A stretch of 64,000 bases of DNA, taken from NCBI GenBank assembly GCA_963803805.1, contig CAWDOD010000004.1, positions 160,001 to 224,000 of the forward strand. The letters are read 5' to 3'. The notes under the pieces are model-generated. The model saw only the letters and a list, made by a program, of their open reading frames with translations. It was not told the origin of the DNA and did not search any database. Shown in pieces: positions 31,315 through 39,087 of this stretch (position 1 is the stretch's first letter; each line of letters opens with the position of its first letter). This DNA comes from an uncultured cyanobacterium (GTDB lineage Bacteria; Cyanobacteriota; Cyanobacteriia; Cyanobacteriales; CAWCAG01). Made by a program: the position numbers and the translations under genes.

Positions 31315-32979
31315 ATGTATAGAACCTTATTCCTCGCCGTTTTACTAATAAGTTTAGTTATCACAGAAAATCAAATTCAGCCAGCCCAATCAGAAATTGC
31401 CCTAGATTCATCTGCTCAGACTCATATGTCTTTAGCACCACTGCTAGATAATCTTGGTAGACATCACCACCCTATTTCTACCCAATCAAAACTAGCACAA
31501 CGCTACTTTGATCAAGGTTTAATCCTCACCTATGGCTTTAACCATGCTGAAGCAAAACGTTCTTTCCAAGAGGCTGCTAGACTAGATCCTGATTGTGCCA
31601 TGTGTTACTGGGGCATTGCTTTAGTTTTAGGACCAAATATTAATGCAGCTATGGAACCGGATACTGTGCCGGAAGCTTACGTTGCTTTACAAAAAGCTCA
31701 AGAATTAGCAAGTAACAGCAGCAAAAGAGAACAGGCTTATATTCAGGCTTTAAGCAAACGCTACCTAAACCACGACTTAAATGAGCGTGCAACCCTAGAT
31801 TTAGCCTATGCTAAAGCGATGGGCAAGGTAGCTAAAAAATATCCTGAAGATTTGGATGCAGCTACTTTATATGCAGAAGCTTTGATGGATACAACGCCCT
31901 GGGATTATTGGGTGGGAGGGGAACCCAAACCAGAAACAAAAGAAATTCTCACCACCTTAGAATCTGTTTTAGCTAAAAATCCTGACCATCCAGGAGCAAC
32001 CCATTTATATATTCATGCCATAGAAGCTTCCCCTTACCCAGAAAAAGGAGAAGCCGCAGCAGACCATTTACGGAACTTGGTTCCCGGTGCAGGACATTTA
32101 GTGCATATGCCAGGACATATTTACATCAACATCGGACGTTATCACGATACATCCTTAGTTAACCAAGACGCTGTTGCAGCAGACCAAGCTTACATTAGCC
32201 AATGCCACGCTCAAGGTCTTTATCCCCTGGCTTATATGCCCCACAACCAACATTTTCTCTGGGCTAGTGCCACTATGGAAGGACGGAGTGAGTTGGCAAT
32301 TCAAGCAGCCAGGGAAGTTGCAGGTAGTGTAGATACAGAGATGATGAAACAACCCGGTTATGGCATTCTACAACATTTTTATGCTATGCCCCTCTACGCC
32401 TTAACTCAATTTGAGCAATGGGACGAAATTCTCCAAGAACCTCAACCGGAACCACAGCTTAAATATCTCCAAGGAGTTTGGCATTTCGCCCGTGGCATGG
32501 CTTATTTAGGTAAAAATGATTTATCTCAAGGTGAGCAGGAATTAGTCACCTTAAAAGAGATTGCAGTAGATGAAGCTTTAAGGGAAGTAAATATCAATTT
32601 TAATTCTGCTGTAGATTTAATTAATATTGCCTCTCAATTTTTAGGAGCAAGGTTGGCAACAAAATATGAAGATTATGACTCTGCGATCGCACAATTAAAA
32701 AAAGCTCTAATCATAGAGGAGCAACTCCATTATGATGAGCCGACACCCTGGTATTCTCCTGTTCGTCAGTTTCTAGGTGCAGTATTGCTCAAAGCTAACC
32801 GCCCCAAGGAAGCAGAGAATTTTTATCGCCAAGATTTAGCTAAGAATCGCGAAAATGGTTGGTCTTTGAAAGGTTTGGCCCAAAGTCTATCTGCCCAAGG
32901 TAAATCTCAGGCAGCAAAGGCAGTGCAGCAGCGTTTTGAAAATGCTTGGAAGTATGCTGATGATAAGTTAAAGACTTGA
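31315..32979 (+). CDS. Secreted TPR-containing conserved protein
   Basis: Signal peptide; AQRYFDQGL..YGFNHAEA, CAMCYWG..GPNIN, HPGATHLYIH, GHLVHMPGHIY. Confidence 0.8.
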   Translation: MYRTLFLAVLLISLVITENQIQPAQSEIALDSSAQTHMSLAPLLDNLGRHHHPISTQSKLAQRYFDQGLILTYGFNHAEAKRSFQEAARLDPDCAMCYWGIALVLGPNINAAMEPDTVPEAYVALQKAQELASNSSKREQAYIQALSKRYLNHDLNERATLDLAYAKAMGKVAKKYPEDLDAATLYAEALMDTTPWDYWVGGEPKPETKEILTTLESVLAKNPDHPGATHLYIHAIEASPYPEKGEAAADHLRNLVPGAGHLVHMPGHIYINIGRYHDTSLVNQDAVAADQAYISQCHAQGLYPLAYMPHNQHFLWASATMEGRSELAIQAAREVAGSVDTEMMKQPGYGILQHFYAMPLYALTQFEQWDEILQEPQPEPQLKYLQGVWHFARGMAYLGKNDLSQGEQELVTLKEIAVDEALREVNINFNSAVDLINIASQFLGARLATKYEDYDSAIAQLKKALIIEEQLHYDEPTPWYSPVRQFLGAVLLKANRPKEAENFYRQDLAKNRENGWSLKGLAQSLSAQGKSQAAKAVQQRFENAWKYADDKLKT

Positions 32980-33261
32980 GACTCTTTTGCTCTTTAAATC
33001 TTAGTATCCATACCATTACTTTTTTGTTTTGGAGAGGTAAGATAAATAAATAAATTTGCTGTGAATGCTATAATTACGACTGCATGGTGATTACAGCTTG
33101 TTTAGAATAGCCACTAACAACTAACAATGCTCAGTTGAAAATGACAAGGAGAAAAATCCGAACCAAGTCAATCTGGTAATCCCTGATAGAAAGAACGATG
33201 ACGATTGTCCAAAATTATATTTAGCAAGTATTCATTTAATTAGGTGAGCGAACAGAAAGTC

Positions 33262-35241
33262 ATGACTGTATTAGAACAAGGCAATATTAGTATCCATACA
33301 GAGAATATCTTTCCCATCATTAAGAAATCTCTCTACACAGACCATGAAATTTTCTTACGGGAGTTAGTATCTAATAGTGTGGATGCCATCAAGAAGTTGA
33401 AGATGGTTTCCTTTGCTGGGGAAGTAGATGGAGAATTGCCTGAACCAGAAATTACTATTACCATTGATGCGGAAAAGAAGACTCTGGCTATTTCTGATAA
33501 TGGTATTGGGATGACGGCGGAGGAGGTTAAAAAATATATTAACCAAGTTGCCTTCTCTAGTGCGGAAGATTTTGTGCAACAATATCAAAAAGATGCTGAT
33601 CAGCAACTTATTGGTCATTTTGGTTTAGGTTTCTATTCTTCCTTTATGGTGGCTAAACAGGTAGAAATAGATACCCTTTCCCATCGTCCAGGTTCGGAAG
33701 CTATTCATTGGTCTTGTGATGGTTCTCCTGCTTTTGAAATCTCGGAATCTTCTCGTAGTGAACCAGGTACAACGGTTACTCTTACCCTTCACGATGAAGA
33801 AACTGAGTATGCTGAAGAAGCCCGTATTCGCAATTTAGTCAAAACCTATTGTGACTTCATGCCCGTACCCATTAAGTTGGGGGATGAGGTTATTAATAAA
33901 CAAAAGTCAATTTGGAAGGAATCTCCCCAAAACCTAACCAAGGAAGATTATCTAGAATTTTATCGCTATCTTTATCCTTTCCAGGAAGATCCTCTTCTCT
34001 GGGTGCATCTTAAAACTGATTATCCTTTCAATTTAACTGGTATTCTCTACTTCCCCAAGCTAAAAGCAGATGTAGATGTCAATAAGGGGCAGATTAAGCT
34101 ATTTTGTAACCAAGTTTTTGTTAGTGATAACTGTGAAGCGATTATTCCTGAATTTTTGCTACCTTTGCGGGGGGTAATTGATAGTCCGGATATTCCCCTT
34201 AATGTTTCCCGCAGTGCTTTAACCAATGATCGCACAGTGAGACGCATTACCAATTTTATCTCCAAGAAAATCGGCGATCGCCTCAAATCTCTTTACGATG
34301 AAGATTACAACGAGTATCTACGTTGTTGGCAGGATGTCGGTACATTCGTTAAGTTTGGGGCAATGCGGGATGAGAAGTTCAAAAAGCAAGTGGAAGATAT
34401 TATCATTTTCCGGACTACTCACCAACCAGAAGCAGTTACCGAAGAGAAGCCCAAGGTAGAAGTAGAAGTACAGTCTCAAGAAGGGGATGCCTGGGAAGAT
34501 GTTTCCAAAGATGAAAACAAGCCAAAAGAACCCTATACAACCCTAAAAGATTATTTAGAAAGGAACAAGGAAAGTCACGAAAATCGCCTTTACTATTGTA
34601 GTGATCCTGTTTCTCAAGCTACCTATGTAGACTTGTATAAAAATCAGGGTTTAGAAGTCTTGTTTATGGACTCTTTTATCGACAACAATTACTTCATTCC
34701 TTTCCTGGAAAAAGACTATCCTGATCTAAAATTCTCCCGCGTTGATGCGGAATTAGAGGATGTTTTAGTTGATAAAGATCAGGCTAATGAAATTGTTGAT
34801 CCTAACACTCAAAAAACTCGCAGCGAGGTGATTAAGGAGTTATTTGAGAAAGCACTCAATAATTCTCAAGTCACGATTCGTACCGAATCTCTTAAATCAG
34901 AAGATCCCCAAGGTACTCCTCCGGCGATGGTGATTTTACCTGAAGCAATGCGCCGCTTGCAGGAGATGACAGCTTTGATGCAGCAACAGGAAATCGCTTT
35001 CCCTATGCAACATACCTTAGTTGTTAATACTGCCCATCCTTTGATTCAAAACCTGGTTAATATGAGTCAGGGGGCAATCATTCAAGAGGGAGGACAATCC
35101 CCTTCAGGAGAGTTGGCAAATATGATGTGTCAGCACATTTACGATTTGGCTTTAATGGCACAAAAAGGCTTTGATGCAAATGGTATGAAGTCTTTTGTGG
35201 AAAGATCTAACCAGGTTTTAACCAAGCTAACGAATAAGTAA
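33262..35241 (+). CDS. htpG: Molecular chaperone HtpG (Hsp90)
   Basis: EIFLRELVSN, DNGIGM, IGHFGLGFYS, PLNVSRS. Confidence 0.97.
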   Translation: MTVLEQGNISIHTENIFPIIKKSLYTDHEIFLRELVSNSVDAIKKLKMVSFAGEVDGELPEPEITITIDAEKKTLAISDNGIGMTAEEVKKYINQVAFSSAEDFVQQYQKDADQQLIGHFGLGFYSSFMVAKQVEIDTLSHRPGSEAIHWSCDGSPAFEISESSRSEPGTTVTLTLHDEETEYAEEARIRNLVKTYCDFMPVPIKLGDEVINKQKSIWKESPQNLTKEDYLEFYRYLYPFQEDPLLWVHLKTDYPFNLTGILYFPKLKADVDVNKGQIKLFCNQVFVSDNCEAIIPEFLLPLRGVIDSPDIPLNVSRSALTNDRTVRRITNFISKKIGDRLKSLYDEDYNEYLRCWQDVGTFVKFGAMRDEKFKKQVEDIIIFRTTHQPEAVTEEKPKVEVEVQSQEGDAWEDVSKDENKPKEPYTTLKDYLERNKESHENRLYYCSDPVSQATYVDLYKNQGLEVLFMDSFIDNNYFIPFLEKDYPDLKFSRVDAELEDVLVDKDQANEIVDPNTQKTRSEVIKELFEKALNNSQVTIRTESLKSEDPQGTPPAMVILPEAMRRLQEMTALMQQQEIAFPMQHTLVVNTAHPLIQNLVNMSQGAIIQEGGQSPSGELANMMCQHIYDLALMAQKGFDANGMKSFVERSNQVLTKLTNK

Positions 35242-35280
35242 TTGCTAATTGCTAATTGCTAATTGCTAATAGCTAATAAC
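35239..35280 (+). repeat. Heptamer STRR (TAATTGC)n filling the htpG-lnt gap
   Basis: TAATTGC x4 followed by degenerate copies. Confidence 0.8.
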
Positions 35281-35281
35281 T

Positions 35282-36856
35282 GTGCGATCGCTACTTAAAC
35301 ACAAATATTTCCCCATCATCATCGCTTTATTAGGGGGCATCATGATGGGGTTAACTCCTGCCCCCGTAGAAGCCTATGGCTTAGCTTGGGTAGCCTTAAT
35401 CCCCCTGTGGCTAATTATTTCTACCTCCCCATCTCCCCATCTCCCCATCTCCCCAGCCCTAGCCTGGGGCTTCGGCTACCACGGCTTAGCTTTGTTTTGG
35501 ATCACTGGAGTACATCCTATGACTTGGCTAGGTGTACCTTGGTTAGCTAGTTTAGGAATCGCAATTTTTTGTTGGTTATTTATCACCATCTGGGGGGCAA
35601 TTCATGTCGCAACTTGGGCGGTAAGTTTAACTTTAGCTACTCGCTTCCTCAATAAAGGCAATCCCTTACTTTTTGTCATCACCAAAGTAATTATTGCTGC
35701 GGCTTTGTGGTGTGGTTTAGAAACTTTGTGGAGTTGGACACCTTTATGGTGGACTTCTTTATCTTATACTCAAAGCCCTCATAACCTAGCTATCTTACAA
35801 CTAAGCCAATTATCCGGCCCAGCAACAGTAACAGCAGCTATTGTTATAGTTAACGGTTTAATCGCCGAAGCCTTACTCTGGAAATCTACTCTCTCCCCAT
35901 CATCTCCCCATAAAGGGCTAATCGCTACAGCCATAGCCTTATTAATCACCTTCCATTTAATTGGTTGGCAAATGTATCAACGCCCTGTTGCCCAACCAGA
36001 AAACGCTGCTATTGAAGTGGGGATTATTCAAGGCAATATTCCCAATCCCATCAAACTTAATCCTGAAGGTTTACGCAGGGCATTTCAAGGTTATACCAAA
36101 GGTTATCAAACTCTTGTTGAAGAGGGGGCAGAAGTGATTTTAACCCCAGAAGGGGCTTTACCTTATAACTGGAATGTTCCCCCCCAGAAAATGCGTCCCC
36201 TACAAAAGGATTTTTATCAAGCTATCCTTGCAGAAAGAGTTCCCGTTTGGTTAGGAGGATTTCGTTACCAAGGCAAGAGTTATACCAACAGTCTCTTTAC
36301 CTTCACGGGGGAAGGAGAAATTTATAGTCATTACGACAAGGTTAACCTTGTCCCCTTGGGTGAATATGTTCCTTTTGAAAGTATTATTGGTGGGCTTGTG
36401 GAGAGACTTTCTCCTTTAGATGAACATCAAGTTCATGGACAACCGAAGCAAATATTTAATACCCCTTTTGGGCAAGCAATAGTAGGAATTTGCTACGATT
36501 CTACCTTTGCTAGACATTTCCGGTGGCAAACCGCCCAAGGAGGAGAATTTGCCCTCACCGCCTCTAACAACGCTCATTATAGCCCCACTATGCCTGCCCA
36601 ACACCATGCCCAAGATGTGATGCGGGCGATTGAAAGCGATCGCTGGATGGCAAGGGCAACAAATACAGGTTATTCCGGCATTGTTGATCCTAGAGGTAAC
36701 ACCCTGTGGCTATCGGGTATCAACACCTATGAGTTACACAAAGGAACTATTTACAAACGCCAAACCAAAACTCTATATGTGCGTTGGGGTGACTGGTTGA
36801 CGCTTGTTTTATTATTAGCTAGTAGCTTTTTATTAGCTAGTACTAAATTAATTTAA
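35282..36856 (+). CDS. lnt: Apolipoprotein N-acyltransferase
   Basis: Multi-TM N-terminus; QGNI, PEGA, K..LVPLGEYVP, ICYD and RATNTG nitrilase-fold motifs. Confidence 0.95.
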   Translation: MRSLLKHKYFPIIIALLGGIMMGLTPAPVEAYGLAWVALIPLWLIISTSPSPHLPISPALAWGFGYHGLALFWITGVHPMTWLGVPWLASLGIAIFCWLFITIWGAIHVATWAVSLTLATRFLNKGNPLLFVITKVIIAAALWCGLETLWSWTPLWWTSLSYTQSPHNLAILQLSQLSGPATVTAAIVIVNGLIAEALLWKSTLSPSSPHKGLIATAIALLITFHLIGWQMYQRPVAQPENAAIEVGIIQGNIPNPIKLNPEGLRRAFQGYTKGYQTLVEEGAEVILTPEGALPYNWNVPPQKMRPLQKDFYQAILAERVPVWLGGFRYQGKSYTNSLFTFTGEGEIYSHYDKVNLVPLGEYVPFESIIGGLVERLSPLDEHQVHGQPKQIFNTPFGQAIVGICYDSTFARHFRWQTAQGGEFALTASNNAHYSPTMPAQHHAQDVMRAIESDRWMARATNTGYSGIVDPRGNTLWLSGINTYELHKGTIYKRQTKTLYVRWGDWLTLVLLLASSFLLASTKLI

Positions 36857-36935
36857 TCGCCCGGAAGGTAAGATAAGATCCCATCGCTACCGCAGTTAGG
36901 GCGATCATAATTCCGAAGAAAGCAACTATTTCCAT
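36843..36935 (-). CDS. petL: Cytochrome b6f complex subunit PetL
   Basis: Manual translation MEIVAFFGIMIALTAVAMGSYLTFRAIKLI*, a 30-aa single TM with the PetL-type R.IKLI end. Confidence 0.8.
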   Translation of the reverse strand: MEIVAFFGIMIALTAVAMGSYLTFRAIKLI

Positions 36936-37225
36936 TGATTTTTATCCTCTATATTTTATCAAGATTAGAAATATTGTACTCCCTTAACTTGAAAGTTAAC
37001 CGCTTAACTATTCTTGTCTAGTTGGAGAAGCAGGGGAATTTGAGGGGATAATATTGTGGCGATCCCTAGTAAAAACATACCCCAAAATTAGCATAACTAA
37101 AGTCAAACTCACTGCTATTTCCAGCTTGGCATATAGAAGGGCGTTGAAAAAAACTATAATAAATACGCTCTAGTTGATGTGATTTATTAGCTACGGTAAG
37201 ACCGTTACAGAGGGTAATGATAAGT

Positions 37226-37256
37226 CAATGTGGCTTGATTAGGTTAAGCCACATTG
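37226..37256 (-). terminator. Hairpin downstream of clpP
   Basis: CAATGTGGCTT/AAGCCACATTG perfect 11-bp stem. Confidence 0.65.
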
Positions 37257-37274
37257 CTACTAAAATTGTACTTC

Positions 37275-37874
37275 CTAATCTGGAGGATTAACCGCAGATG
37301 GGCGACGTTCAATCACCTGATCAATTAGCCCGTATTCTACAGATTCTTGGGGTGACATAAAGAAATCTCTTTCAGTATCCCGTTCAATCTTTTCTAAGGG
37401 CTGTCCTGTATGTTGAGCCAGATAATTGTTAAGCTGTTTTTTCAGGTATAAAATTTCCTTAGCCTGAATCTCAATATCCGTTGCCTGTCCGCGAGCGCCC
37501 CCTAATGGTTGATGAATCATAATGCGAGAATGGGGTAAGCTCATGCGCTTCCCTTTCGCCCCCGCACTAAGGAGGAAAGCCCCCATGCTAGCAGCCAATC
37601 CTAGACAGATAGTACAGACATCAGGACGAATTTGGTTCATGGCATCGAACATACCCATTCCTGCTGATACTGAACCCCCAGGAGAGTTGATATACAAGTA
37701 AATATCTTTATCAGGATCTTCAGCTTCGAGAAAGAGTAATTGAGCAACAACCAAGTTTGCTATTTCATCAGTTACCTGTTGCCCTAAAAAGACAATACGT
37801 TCTCTTAACAGTCTAGAGTAAATGTCGAAGGCGCGTTCACCACGACCAGAAGTTTCAATAACGGTAGGAATCAT
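37275..37874 (-). CDS. clpP: ATP-dependent Clp protease proteolytic subunit
   Basis: [34 protein letters not shown]. Confidence 0.97.
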   Translation of the reverse strand: MIPTVIETSGRGERAFDIYSRLLRERIVFLGQQVTDEIANLVVAQLLFLEAEDPDKDIYLYINSPGGSVSAGMGMFDAMNQIRPDVCTICLGLAASMGAFLLSAGAKGKRMSLPHSRIMIHQPLGGARGQATDIEIQAKEILYLKKQLNNYLAQHTGQPLEKIERDTERDFFMSPQESVEYGLIDQVIERRPSAVNPPD

Positions 37875-38004
37875 AAGGTGTGAGCTTGATTGTTACTTTT
37901 TTTGATTGTAGCTCTGTTAGTGATAACTCGCCTATGGGGGAAATCTACCCCTGGGGAGACGAGGTTAATAGTAGGGGATTCTTAAACTTAATTTGCTCCC
38001 TATT

Positions 38005-38589
38005 TTAAGAATGAACTCTCGGTTCTGGATGAAGATTAGTTAGTAAGTTACTTTCTGCGATCGCTAATTCTTCTAATCTTTTTCCTACTAAATCTCGTTC
38101 AAAATAAGTATCTGCCAAAACCCAATAAATTCCATAGTGACGGGCTTCTGAAGCGACTAAACCACGGTAAAATTCAGCTAAGTCTGGTTCAGGACAATGG
38201 GTAGCGAGTAAGTCTAATCTTTCATGGGAACGGGCTTCAATTAAGCAGGAAACGAGGAGAGAATCTAGTAATCGGTTTGGTTCTTTTTTACGAACTTGGG
38301 ATTTTAAGCCAGAACCATAGGGAGGGGCGTTTAAGGGCGCGAGAGGAACTCCCCGCTTTTCTAACCATTGATTAACCATCTCAAAATGTTCTAATTCTTC
38401 TTTGGCGATGGTGGTTAACTGTTTTACCAATTTAGCGTAGGCAGGATAGCGAAACATGAAGTTAATTGCTACGCTGGCGGCTTTACGTTCGCAATGAGAA
38501 TGATCTAAAAGGATTATATCTAAGTTATTAATAGCTTGTTCTACCCAAGCTTCGTTGGTAGGCTGCTTAAGAATTTTGATTTTTTCCAT
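38005..38589 (-). CDS. miaE: tRNA-(ms2io6A) hydroxylase MiaE
   Basis: Di-iron motifs DHSHCERKAA, EELEHF, IEARSHER, SEARHY. Confidence 0.93.
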   Translation of the reverse strand: MEKIKILKQPTNEAWVEQAINNLDIILLDHSHCERKAASVAINFMFRYPAYAKLVKQLTTIAKEELEHFEMVNQWLEKRGVPLAPLNAPPYGSGLKSQVRKKEPNRLLDSLLVSCLIEARSHERLDLLATHCPEPDLAEFYRGLVASEARHYGIYWVLADTYFERDLVGKRLEELAIAESNLLTNLHPEPRVHS

Positions 38590-38743
38590 ATTACTGCTTA
38601 TGAGGGCGTAAAGTTCTGACTAATAAATGTAGCTAATCTGCCATAAAAGAAACTTATATCTAGGCAGGGTTGTCATTTCCGAAACTTATGATTAAAGTAA
38701 ATATAGTTCCAATAGACGAGATTGAAATAATCCAGAATTCAAA

Positions 38744-39040
38744 ATGCTAATCTTCACTGAGAAAAACAACCGTCAGCCCTTAAACATACTTGAACCCATG
38801 CAAAGGAAGCTGGAAAACTTAGAAATAAACTCAGAACAACTAGCACGCAAAATTGTTAAACTTATTCCTTCTCAATGTCCCTTTGCCCGTGAAGTACGTT
38901 TGTTTAATCGAGTTCTATTTCGCATTCCGGCACTTTGTAAACTTAATCCTTTCTACGAACAATTAACGGCTTTACGATTTCGCGCTCTATGTTTTCTTGC
39001 TGACCAATGTGGTGAAGATGTTAGTATTTACTGTACATAG
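38744..39040 (+). CDS. 'Mo-dependent nitrogenase C-terminal' domain protein (function unknown)
   Basis: IPSQCPFAR, IPALCKLNPFYEQL..LRFRALCFLADQCGED. Confidence 0.88.
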   Translation: MLIFTEKNNRQPLNILEPMQRKLENLEINSEQLARKIVKLIPSQCPFAREVRLFNRVLFRIPALCKLNPFYEQLTALRFRALCFLADQCGEDVSIYCT

Positions 39041-39087
39041 TAAAGTAGTTCTCTTTGCCATTTTCTTTCTGTAAATTAAATAGAGTT

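Noticed and set aside
38744..39040. Nitrogen fixation gene
   Set aside because: The domain name is historical; no nif genes are present and the protein has no nitrogenase catalytic motifs
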